Below, piece after piece: positions 30,660 to 42,740 of a stretch of 64,000 nucleotides of DNA. Location: the NCBI RefSeq assembly GCF_009914755.1, contig NC_060925.1, one strand, 5' to 3'. The first letter of the stretch is position 1. Each line of letters begins with the position of its first letter. Origin of the DNA: the human T2T-CHM13v2.0 reference genome, Homo sapiens. The notes under the pieces are model-generated. The model was given only the letters and a program-made list of their open reading frames with translations. It made no database searches and was not told the origin of the DNA. The translations under genes were made by a program, and so were the position numbers.

Positions 30660-31570
30660 GGTTCATTCATCACCTTAATAAATATTTCTTAACTACCTCT
30701 CATGAGCCAGACACTGTGCAGGTCTTTGGAGACATAAAGATGAAAGGTGGGGCTGATGCTTTCAACGAGTGTAGCAGAAATGGAGAATTGCAAACACAGT
30801 AAATGTGACAAACGTCGTAACAAAATAAAAGCAGGTGTGGGCAAAGCTAAAGCCAAGGAGCAACATGTTGAGGAGTGAGCTCAGGTTCTTTGTATTTCAG
30901 TTTGCCACTGATTTTCTTACTGTGTGACTGTCAGCAAATTACTTAAGCTCTCTGAGCTTCACTTTTCTCACCTGCAAAGTGGAGACAAAGACCACCCACC
31001 TTAAACAGCTACGTGAGAAGTAAAGAGTACAATATATGTAAAGCAGCTGACCCACTGCAGGTGCAAGGAGCATGTGAGTCCGGGTGAGGGACTGCGGGAG
31101 CTTGACAGAGAGCTAAGGCTTGAACTGAAACTTGGCAGGCAGGTAGAGGTTTATCAGGCCAGCCGAGGCAAAAGCTAAGGAGGCAAAGGATGAGGTGATT
31201 GGAAAGAAGCTCACAAGATGAGGCTGGAGAGGTGGACAGAATCTCTGGTCATGGAGATTAACAGGGAGCTGATGGATACCTACTACTGGGAAAGTGACAT
31301 GCTGAGATTTGCACAGATATGTCAAGAATGATTTGGGGAATGCACACACAAAATGAGAATTAGGAGATCAGTTACAATTTGATATATAACTTCAAGCTTC
31401 ATAAAAGCTTGAAGTCAGGCAGTGACATGGAAATGAATAAGAAAGAAGGAATATCAAAGACATTTTGGAGTAAGAATTTACTATTTAGTGGGGGGTTGTT
31501 TGTGGCAGGTAATGGAGAGGGAAGAGATAAGGATGGCTCCAAGATTCTCGAGTTATGTCTACCTAATCAC
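30660..31570 (-). mobile_element. L2 fragments with a MIR (about 30900-31060, + strand)
   Basis: TTCATTCA...ATATTT...GCCAGACACTGTGC; TGTGTGACT..GCAAATTACTTAAGCTCTCTGAGCTTCA. Confidence 0.6.
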
Positions 31571-32247
31571 AAAACAACTAGATAATCAGTCTTTCTCTTT
31601 TTTTCTTTTTGTTTCTTTTTTTGTCTCCCTTTCTTCCTTCCTTTCATCTTTCTTTTCTTTTTTGCTCTTTCTGTGTTTTCTTCTTTGTAATCAAGTCAAA
31701 TCTTTTTTTGTGAATTGAAAAAAGCAAACTGGGACATAAATACAAAAGTAGGTTTAACATATTTTTCAGCTTTCAAGTGATTGTTTTGACATCATGAAGC
31801 CACTAAAAATTTATTTTTAAACACTGTTAAGCTTTCTATTCAGAAAATTTAATGATTCTAATGGAATTCTCAAGTTAAAGTGTACTTCTAATAAGAAATT
31901 ACATAGTGCTGAGAGGCATAAATGCCAAATATAAATACAATTTTAAAGACTGTATTTATTATATAAAGATAATTCTCACTGACATTTAGTAAGATTATAT
32001 TTATTATATAAAGATTGTATTACTAGGGCTTGCTCCAGTAATCATGGCCGATATCCCATGGCCAGTGGATAAACTGCATCTTTAAAAGCTGGCTTCAGCA
32101 GCTAAATCGAGTTACTTAGGGTCGGTTATGTTATCAAACATCCATTGGCTAATTTATTCCTGAAGCAAATTGATTACCATTCCATCTGGAAATAATTAGG
32201 GATTATTTTGACTTATTTGAGAATTTTGCTTGTCTTGCCTTGACTAG

Positions 32248-32400
32248 CATTCATTCAACATTCAACAAATGTGCATTGAGTTGCTACTATGCACAAATGT
32301 ACTAGAAGCTGCAGAATTATAAAGAACACAGTTTGGTGCTGACACAAAGGTGAGATACAGCATATTTAGTACAAAGCAGAATGCACTGGGCACCACATCA
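32248..32400 (-). mobile_element. L2 3' end
   Basis: CATTCATTCAACATTCAACAAAT...TTGAG. Confidence 0.6.
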
Positions 32401-32779
32401 GTGCCATAAACAAGGCTCTCTGAATTTAAAAGAGAGTGACACTTCCAGGGGGAGTAACTGGAGGCAGAAACAAAGGTAGAAAAAAATCTTAGGCAGAGAC
32501 AACTGCATAAACCAAAAAGCAGAAAGTGACAAGGCCAAGGCTTCTCCCCTATTCCTACTGTCCCCACAATAGAGCATGCCTCTTGTCACCAAGGCTCCTC
32601 TGCAAGCTTCCTTCCTTTCTCCTTCTCTGGGTCTCAAGTCAAACATTACTCCCTTTGAGAAGCCTTCTCTTTTTAAGCAGAATTTAGTTCCCTTTCTGGA
32701 ATTCACAAAGCCCATTCCGGACACATTTTAAATGCATTTATCACTTAATATTTAAGAATCACTTAAAGCCCCTGGATTG

Positions 32780-33095
32780 CCTGGTTTTAAGTCTCTGCTT
32801 TGCCACTTGTCACCAGAAAAACTGTGGGCAAGTTATCTAACTTTCCTGTGCTTTGCTTTCCTCATTTAGGAAATGGAGATACTGATACCTACAGAACTGG
32901 CTAGGATTACAAGGAGTAAGTTATGTCAAGGGCTTACTGCCGTACCTACCAAGGTCAGGGCTCAATAGGTGCTAGCTGCTATCACTATTCCATACTTAGA
33001 GCGCTGTGTCCCACACTAGATTGCACACCTCTGGTGGGTAGGGGTAAATCCTATTCATCTTTGTATCTCCACACTCCATTATGGCATTTGGAAAA
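32780..33095 (+). mobile_element. MIR followed by L2 3' fragment
   Basis: GGGCAAGTTATCTAAC...TTCCTCATTT..AAATGGAGATA; ACTAGATTG...CATCTTTGTATCTCC. Confidence 0.65.
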
Positions 33096-34399
33096 TATGG
33101 AATAAATTAAAATTTTCAGTGACAAATATCTGGTTCCGGGAGTGTCTCAGAATATCTTCAGGAGAAAATATCCAATAAGCAGATGGTGATTCTGAATTTG
33201 AAAGACTTTAGACTGTTTCTGGGATGAGACAAAACCAGTGAGAAGGCAATGTCTCCAGATGCAGAATAAGAGGGAATAGGTGAAGGGGCCAGGTCCTGGG
33301 CTAAGTGGGGATTCTGGCCAGACACCCTGTGCCCTGAAAAAGGACATTGGGGGTAACTGGCTACCCAGAGATGATGTTGACAAGAGACCCCAGGAGCCAA
33401 AACCCCTGGATTGCCGGCACCAGCAGAACCGTGGCTGGACCTCAGAGGCTAAATACAATCTCCACTTCCACTGCAAAACATCTAGTTTTAACAAATCAGT
33501 GATTGTAAATGGTAGCAAGGAAGCATGATAGTAAATAAATTCCTCCAAATTACTTTAGCAGGCCTGGCAGTAATGTGGAACTTTTTGAATTCCTCAAATT
33601 GTATAATACCACAGACTTCTCCCATACCACTCAGCTTTGAGTGGCTTTAAAATATAGGAAAGAAAACAATCTATGATGTGTTGGTTTTAAATACTTTTGT
33701 GATGAAAGCATAGTAACAAGTATATAGTAACCTAATTTGTGTAAATTAGTATACCACAGTGTATTTTGGTAGTGGGCTAGGGGGAGAACTAGTGTTGTCT
33801 TAAAACCTTCTGATAATAATATGATTCCTATTAACTTCCTATGAGCATTTTGCAAGAAAGTCAAGCAAACCACTTGCATAAAAATTTTTTAACTTTTTTC
33901 ATTAGTTCTGTGAGTAAAAATGCTCAGGCACACTCTGCATTCTCAGTTAATAGATGAAATAGATAACCGCTGCAAAAATATGAGGAGGATCATTCCATTT
34001 CTTAGTGGAAAAGGTATGGTGAAATCATCAACATTTCATCATTCGATCTGCTTGAGATGTGTTGAACAGGTTGACTTCCTACATCTCCTAGCGGGTTAAG
34101 CGGGCAATGTGCCGCAAACAGGTACAACAGAGAAGGCATCCGGACACACGTCAGTCTATCCTTTCTTATATTCCAATTATTTTCCAGTTCACATTATGGG
34201 AAAATTTGATATACATTGCATTGACTCTGAACATCACTTAGGACAGTACCCAAAGCACTTACAGTTTTGACAAATGGAAGAAGGAGGAAAAAGAAAGGAG
34301 AAGAGTTTGAAGACAGAAGAAATTAAGGAAAGTAAACTAAAGCAATTGAAACTATTTGGCAATCCTTTCCCTCTCAACTCTAAGTCTTATTCTAAATTA

Positions 34400-34476
34400 G
34401 GGGTTTTCTAGATATACAATCATGTCATCTGCAAACAGGGACAATTTGACTTCCTCTTTTCCTAATTGAACACCCT
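34400..34476 (-). mobile_element. 77 bp internal L1PA ORF2 (RT) fragment between 10 bp direct repeats
   Basis: Reverse complement translates GVQLGKEEVKLSLFADDMIVYLENP; CTAAATTAGG at 34392-34401 and 34475-34484. Confidence 0.92.
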
Positions 34477-34533
34477 AAATTAGGAAAGTTAAACACCTAA
34501 AATGTCAACACTTTCATTTAAAGAATGTGGGAG

Positions 34534-34838
34534 AGCCGGGTGCAGTGGTTCACACCTATAATCCTAGCACTTTAGGAGGCCGAGGCAGGTAGATTGCTTG
34601 AGCTCATGAATTTGAGACCAGCCTGAGCAACATGGAAAAACCCTGTCTCTACAAAAAATACAAAAACTAGCCAGGCATGGTGGCACCTGCTTGTAGTCCC
34701 AGCTGCTCAGGAGGCTCAGGTGGGAAGGTCACTTGAGCCTGGGGGATCAAGGCTGCAGTTAGCTAAGATCGCACCACTGCACTCCAGCCTGGGCTTTAAC
34801 AAAGCAAGACCCTGTCTCAAAAAAAAAAAAAAAAAAAC
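34534..34838 (+). mobile_element. AluJ
   Basis: Dimer with J-type right arm and A tail. Confidence 0.92.
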
Positions 34839-35575
34839 CTGGGAAAGATCCCATAGATCTGAATTTAGATACCTGGGGGTGTGAGATGGGGAAGCATAAC
34901 ACATGTATTTTACAATGATAGTTGTTTTACTCTGTTTACTAAATGCCAATCAGAAGTGTTTCCCTGTGTCCCATGCTAAGTAATAACACAGATTGATGTC
35001 TGTGGTCATGTTGCTGCAGTATTCTCAGAGATGCAGCTACAACCGGGGTTCAGTAGCAGATCAGCTGCTCAGACAGAGGAGACCATATTTGCCCTAATTT
35101 GTAACAAATTTTTCGGCCACTCATTCTGCGACTCTCTGAGTAATCTTGACTCAACTTCCCATACCTAATAACCCAATAACAGAAACTACCTTAAGACAAT
35201 GCATAGTATCATAATTGTGCCTACAGTTTTTTAAAAAAACAAATTAAGTAGACAATTTAAAGTTTATTGAAGTCTTTGAGTTATCATTTACTCAAATACA
35301 CACAAATTATTGATCTGAAGAATAATTTCTCAGGGAGCTGATAGAGATCATAATGAAAGTTATACAGGCCAAGAAACACAATAATAAACTATCAGAAAAA
35401 GAACTTGGTAAGTACCGTATCTTTCCACTTGCTGTGTGCATTAAAGTTATACTTTTTTAGTCCATTTAGTTGTTTTCAATTTAAAAGAGATGCAATCTGT
35501 GGGTTATAAAATACAAAAACAGCTTTGGACCACATCTCTAGCATAGTAGGAAGAACACAAATGAAACTGACAGAT

Positions 35576-35921
<346 letters not shown>

Positions 35922-38900
35922 CTAACTGGCCACACTCAGCTCTGAGGCAATGGCTGGTAGGAGCAGTCTCACACTCACCTTGTAACTCTGCACTGACAAC
36001 GCAGCCAGCCCTATGGTTTGTGACATCGAATATGAGAAAAGGGACCTCCAAGTGACTCGAAAATCAGGATGTTCCATAAAAATCCTCAATTATTCTTTCC
36101 AAGAAGAGGAAAAAGTAATAGGCAAAGAGAAGAACATCAGTGGCGGAATGAGAGCTTAGAATTTTGCTGTTTTGGAAAGTGATATCTCTTCTTATAATTT
36201 GTCTATAAAAATGATTAGCTTTGGGTCATAGGCCCCTTTAATGATCTGCTGAAAGCTTTGGATACCAGAAAAACATAGTAGACATAAAATTCTGCTGCTT
36301 CCCATTCCCTGACCTCAAGTCAAGACACTTCGATTTAGATGTCTGTGAAGAACCCTTCTAAAACTAGCAAGCCTAATATTTTCAGTTACAAAATTTGATC
36401 AGAATGAGTTCCATGAGAAGCCTTCATTGGCCAACAAATGGAAAAACAAGGGGTTTAGCCTGAGAAAGTAAAGAAAAGAGACTACAGTTCAATTTTATGG
36501 ATGTTTTATTTCAGACTTAAATTCAATTTTTCAAAGATGACTCTTTGGGATTAATATAGGCATCCGATCACTGCAACTTTAGTCTCCCAATGCACCAATG
36601 CCATTTCTTAGAGAAGAATTTCTATTTTCCTGATAGAAGCAAAGAGGTTGTATTTGGGGTTCAGAGGATAATGTTAATGCTGAATGACACAGGAAAAAAA
36701 CAGCAACAACCATATTATTTAGAAGTTGACCACATATCTTGCTGCTTGAATATTTGCAACTTGCTAAGGAAATGCAATGTAGCAAGTCATAGACTAATAA
36801 CTCAGCAACTGCAAATTATTGTTCAAAAATGACCCCCAAAAATCTTAGTACCAAGGTTATCAAAGAGAAGCAAATAATAATAATAATAAATAAATAAAAT
36901 TTTTAAAAATGACTCCCAAAATCTTTGCTCATATAAGTGGAATTTTAGCTTATGTGAATTAACTTAAAAATCTTTATTAAGTTCTAAGTTTTCTAACACA
37001 CTGCACTAGACACCGAGGTGATATAACAGTATATAGTTCACTATGGAAGAGTACAACCGAAAGGGAAAAAATAAAGCTCAGGATTTTAAGCTTATCACAA
37101 AAACAGGGTAAGATGGATAGGATGATCTTGCAAAAAGACATATGGAAAAATCATACACTACATTTGTCCCTGACACATTGTACAGCAACAGCTATACAAT
37201 TACCTCTACGGACGTTGCTGATTGCTGTCTTTGTGTACATGGAGCATCAAGAAGTCATATCCAGAAGATATCCAAGTACCACTAGTGAAAGGAAACCCAC
37301 TGCTGCCCTGGGAGGTAGAGGATGGATGATGGTCACCACTCATTGGTGATAGTGAAAGGCTCTGTGCAGATAAGATATGGTCAGTCAAGCTTGTTGTCCA
37401 TCTTTCTGGTGACTAGTTCTAGATTATAATAGTCTGCTGAGACATACTAAGCCCACTAGTCCATGATTCAGTACTTGGGTCTTTATGGGAATGACCACAC
37501 TGCTAGAAGACAGAGAAGCAGCATTGGCATCTAAGAAGTCACAAGCTGAAGACTAGAAGACCCAGCCACACAGGTGGCGTTCTTGTAGCTTCTTCCTCTC
37601 AATGGTTAGGACTTTGAAAAAGAGAGAATATTGGGAAAGTGAACAGCTAACTATGAAGAGGTACGTGGTGAATAGGATATTTTCTGTTTGATGCCTTTAG
37701 GTAATGCAGGAATGGACTTTGGGTAGGGTTGGAGTACATGTCATGAGGACAAGAACATCTTGGAGACTATTAAGCAGTCTCTAAACTTAGTATAGGACAG
37801 TAAAGAAAGCAATGCTTATATAAAACCATGAAACCAGTTGTCATAAAGGTCTGCAGTAATGTCATGGGAAAAAGAATAGTGGGAGAGGAGCCATGAGATT
37901 CCTACAGAAAACAACTGGAAAATGTTCCCAAAGTAATACTCTCAAGGGTCTTTTAGTTGTATAGGCCCAGGCCAGAGCATGGGAACTTGAGAATAAGGTG
38001 GTAAATACAATCTCATAATAATTACTGGGATTTAGTGTATTCCAGAGAAATATCTGTAAGGAAAGGAGGTAAAGAAATACCCCTCACCTGTGTGAAAATC
38101 CATGCACCTAGATGGTAATGAGGACACAGAGGCATTCGAAAAAGAATTAAATAAGAGGAAAAGAAATCATATTATTGATGAAATAGATATTAACAAACTA
38201 TCTGGCCAAATGGAAGAAATGAGAGATATGTTCCTAATTTAGTATACAATGCTGGCACAGAGGCACGAAACAGTTATGATGGGAAACTTCTACTGCGTTT
38301 GATTGGAGACTAAACTAAAAGCAGAAAGTCTGGCAAGTTACTGCCTGCACTGAATTTTTCTTTACAGAGAGAGGAAGTAACCAGGGGAACTGCTACTTGG
38401 AGAGATACCAGCTAGTGAAGTGAAATAATGAACCTTGGGTGAAATCAATGATGTCATGAGAGAACATGGCAGAAACCCTCTTAACCACCCTCCACTCATC
38501 CAAGGCTTTTCACTCTGTAAAATATGCTTTAGAAAGTTTTGATAAAGAGTTTCTAAAAATAATTACTGTTAAATTACATGTAGGTAAAACAACTATAAAT
38601 ACAGATCTAGATGGATTCTGTCATCAGATTTCTTTACAAGGTCTTGCCCAACTTAAAAGAAATTAAGACTGAAAATTATAGATGATGCAAAAATGACAAT
38701 ATGGAACTGCAAGCAATCTTTAAAAAAAGACCTTAGCCCTAGGTCAAAGAGTAGCGAGTGAATATATTTGTTTCATTAACATATTTTAAGTTAAAAGATT
38801 CAAGATATGTGTATCTTTTAATGATTTGCTACTTTAACGGTCTTTTGGTTAATTGTCCCACTCCATTCCAACAGCAATAGACAAAAGACATTTACCCTGA

Positions 38901-39997
38901 CATTTCTGATAGCCAGATAGAGAGTCGCTGAAAATATGACAAGAAAGCATGGACTTCAAGAAGGCAGATTTCAAAAGAATCAGCAGAAACAGCATCATGA
39001 CTCTGTGGGAAGAGCGTTCTGAATGAGAGTCAAATAGCATCCATCTGTCCGCAGACTATGGACAATTTTGTCTGTATAGTCACAGATGGTGATTCCACCA
39101 AGGAAGGAAGGATGGAGGTTCCTACATAGTTCTATTATGACCTGATTTCAAAGCGCTGGGATTAAAAAAAAAAAAAGAAAGAGGGGCTCCTCAAGAACAA
39201 ATGCAAGAGAGTTTTGGGTCTCTCCAAAAACAGGGACAGATAGATTGAGACCTATAATTTGTAAGAACAACAAGAAGCATTCTAATGGTTATGTTAGGCA
39301 CAAAAGGAACACAAGGGAGAAATAAGCCAGATGTTTGGCACCAATGACATCATGTTGCTGGAATAACAAAGTGAAAGGAGAACTGCTCCCCTATTACTTT
39401 CGCAATTACTTCTCTTCCAAGAATAGTGATTTTCAGACTTAAAATAGTAGACTAAATATGGTTACAGAAAAAGGAAGCTGAGGATTAGTAAAGAGATTTA
39501 AAGTGAGCCTTGAGATGCTATAAAATAACAACAATCCAGCATGCTGAGAAAATTTACAAATAAGAATGCTAAACTATTGTTAACCTGTGGGAGTGCTGGA
39601 AGAGTTGAATGGACAATTGTAGATCTGATTCTCAAAAAGAGGAAAGAGGAAGGATGAATGGAAATGTATGCAGATTTATTTACGCCTTGGAGCTTAACTG
39701 TAATACCAGGAAAGATTATGGAGTTGACAGTAATGGGAAGTCTTGAAATTTCATGATAAAAAATTAGATCATAAATAGTAACTGTTTCTAAACTAAAAGT
39801 TGCTATCAAATTTATTGGAGAAATAATAGAGATATTTTCTTTTAAAAAGCAGAATAAAAACTAGAATACCTGCTATTGGGAGTGGAAGGCCACATTCTCC
39901 ACTCTTCATATTTTCATAAAAAGAAATCTGGAACAACAGGAAGAAAAAGCTGCCTTAAAAGGAGTACATGGTTCAAAACAAAGAAATGCATTGTTTC

Positions 39998-40274
39998 GGG
40001 AGGCCAAGGCGGATGGATCACCTGAGGTCGGGAGTTTGAGACCAGCCTGACCAACATGGAGAAACCTTGTCTCTACTAAAAATACAAAATTAGCTGGGCG
40101 TGGTGGTGCATGCCTATAATCCCAGCTACTCAGGAGGCTGAGGCAAGAGAATCTCTTGAACCCAGGAGGTAGAGGTTGTGGTGAGCCAAGACCGCGCCAT
40201 TGCACTCCAGCCTGGGCAACAAGAGCAAAACTCCATCTCAAAAAAAAAAGAAAAAAGAAAAAAAAAAGAAAAGA
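39998..40274 (+). mobile_element. 5'-truncated AluSp/Sq
   Basis: Perfect 18 bp TSD AAAGAAATGCATTGTTTC at 39980-39997 and 40275-40292. Confidence 0.95.
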
Positions 40275-40504
40275 AAAGAAATGCATTGTTTCTCCTACCT
40301 TGCTTTCTGTTGGATCAAATGACATGTAGTCCAAGTCTTTGAGATCTTTGTAAAAGTATGACAGCTCTTGTACTCAAATGACTTTAAGAAGGTTAAGTAG
40401 ACAAATTGCATTAGTGATAGAAAGCGATGCTATGAAGGTAGGGTGCTGTAGTAAAAAGGGGTTTGGCTTCAGACACAGAAGAACAAATAATGTATTATTT
40501 AGCG

Positions 40505-40752
40505 GTATGAGGTACACAGAGCAGGCAAATTCATAGATGGAAAGTGAAATAGAGGTTACCAGGGTCTGGGAGGAGAAGGAATGGGGAGTTATTTAATGAG
40601 CACAAAGTTTATGTTGGCGATGATGAAAACATTTTGGGAGTAGATAGTGGTGACGGTTATACAATATTGTGAATATAGTTAATGCTGCTGAATTGCAAGT
40701 TGCCAATGTTTAACATGATAAATATGTATATTTGCCAGCAATAATTTCTTAA
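40505..40752 (+). mobile_element. L1MB 3' end
   Basis: ATGAGGTAC..AGAG.AGGCAAATTCATAGA...AGAGGTTACCAGG...ATAGTGGTGACGGTT. Confidence 0.8.
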
Positions 40753-41659
40753 AAGGCCTGGCTTTGACCAAATAATCCTGGGTTTGAAGCCCAGATTCCT
40801 GTATATTGAACCCCCCTTCCTATACAGACAGGAGCCTTGTGCTGACCAGGGGCCAGAGGCCAGAGAGAGCTGGCTGGGCCTAGGCAAGAGGAAGTGGCAG
40901 AGGACTTGGCACAGGAGCTAAGTGTGAGCCAAGGGGTGGTGCAGAAATTAGGAAGAATTCAGTCCTGGCACAATTCACTAACAAAATAACTGTCCAAATA
41001 TGAATTGACTGGCTTCAGGAGATAGTGAGTTTCTTATTACTGGAGGTATTGAAAGCTGCTTACCCCCTTGGTAAGGGCATTCAAGCATGAAGTTATCTTT
41101 AATGACCTTTAAATTCCCTTCCAAAAGAGCAAGCACGTGATGTTTATTCCTTTACCATAATCTCCTTAAACTATAAGACATACAGAAATGTCCCCCAAAT
41201 GTTCCACTTCCAGCAAAATGGAAAAATAATGGAGAAAAAGAACTCTCAAATTATTTATTCAACCTACTCCCAGATAAGCATATTGGGATATTCAAAAATA
41301 GGAAATAAAAAAAAAATCCTTAGGAATAAGAATTATAGTCATTATATAAGCTTATGAATTTGTTTTCAAGAGTTTCTTAGATATATATGGTACTTAGAAA
41401 GAGCTAATTCCAGCACATTTCTATCTGAAACAGGTCTAGACTCAATTAACTCCTGTTCAAAGCATATATGTATTCATTTATTCATTCATGCCACAAGCAA
41501 GTTGACCTTAATAGGACAGATATCCTGGAACACAAAAAGGGTAGGAAAATGAATAAGATAAAACTTCTGCTACCAGGAGTCCAGACTAGTTACTGTGTTC
41601 CAAGAGGTTAGAAATTCAGTGTGGCTGATATATTATGCATCTATGATGGCCTTTCTTTT

Positions 41660-42170
41660 TAAAACTGTAATTTTAAAAAATTATTCACATTTTGACACCT
41701 AAGAAATAATTCTAAGAAAGTGATCAGAGATTCATATAAATATTTATGCATTAGGATGTTCACTAAAATATTATTTATAATAATGAAAATTTTAAAATGA
41801 CCTAAATGTCCAACAAGAAGAGAATGGTTAAATAAATTACAGGATATACGACAGCCAGCATCCTCCACAGCCAATAAAACTTAAGATTTCGGAGACTATT
41901 TAATGATAAGGGAAATGTTTACAATATAATGTGGAGTGGCAGTATACCGATTTGTACAAAATATGACCCAAATTTTGTTTTTTATGTGTGTGGATATGTT
42001 TATATGAAACATTGAAAAGAGAAAGAGAAAGAAGAGAAAGGAAATAGATACTTATATTACTTAACAACAGATTGAAGGATCATGGATAATTTATTTTTTT
42101 CTATTTTTCTTCATGTTTTATGTAGTAATTTAGAATCAGAATTGTTACTTAAAATATTTAAATAAAAATA
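41660..42170 (+). mobile_element. L1ME-like 3' end
   Basis: GGATGTTCACT...ACCTAAATGTCCAACAAGAAGAGAATGGTTAAATAAATTA. Confidence 0.75.
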
Positions 42171-42286
42171 ATGGCTTTTAATATTTTTCCCTAATTTTTG
42201 TTCTAAAATCTTTTGGATTTATCTTTTGGATTTGCTATACTCTGACATTTGGTGAGAGATTTTCTTTTCTTTGAAAGTGGAATATT

Positions 42287-42563
42287 CAGCACTTTGGGAG
42301 GCCGAGGCGGGCGGATCATGAGGTCAGAAGATAGAGACCATCCTGGCTAACACGGTGAAACCCCATCTCTACTAAGAAAAAAATACAAAAAATTAGCCAG
42401 GCGTGGTGGCGGGCGCCTATAGTCCCAGCTACGTGGGAGGCTGAGGCAGGAGAATGGCATGAACCCGGGAGGCAGACCTTGCAGTAAGCCGAGATTGCAC
42501 CACTGCACTACAGCCTGGGCGACAGAGCGAGACTCCGTCTCAAAAAATAAATAAATAAATAAA
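42287..42563 (+). mobile_element. 5'-truncated AluY
   Basis: TSD TGAAAGTGGAATATT at 42272-42286 and 42564-42578; (AAAT)n tail. Confidence 0.95.
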
Positions 42564-42599
42564 TGAAAGTGGAATATTGTTCAAATAAACTGGCTTATA

Positions 42600-42740
42600 G
42601 TAATAAGAATAACCACCACTTATTGAGCCCTTATGAACACAGTACACGCATAACCTAATTCTCACAACAAAATGTAAATTAGTTGTTATTATCCCATTTC
42701 ACATACAAAGGAACTGAGGCTCAGTTATATAACTTGCGCA
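42600..42740 (-). mobile_element. MIR
   Basis: ATTATCCCATTTCACA...GAACTGAGGCTCAG...AACTTGC. Confidence 0.7.

Larger units (their letters stand above)
37950..41125 (+). mobile_element. L3/CR1 LINE, fragmented (endonuclease region, pre-RT region and 3' end)
   Basis: Remnant peptides VMMGNF (about 38273), MDFKKADFKRI (38949), KNNKKHSNGYVRHKRNTREK (39263), SLTVIPGKIME (39691) match CR1 ORF2 motifs; 3' end GAGATAGTGAG...ACTGGAGGTATT...ATGACCT.TAA..TCCCTTCCAA. Confidence 0.85.
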
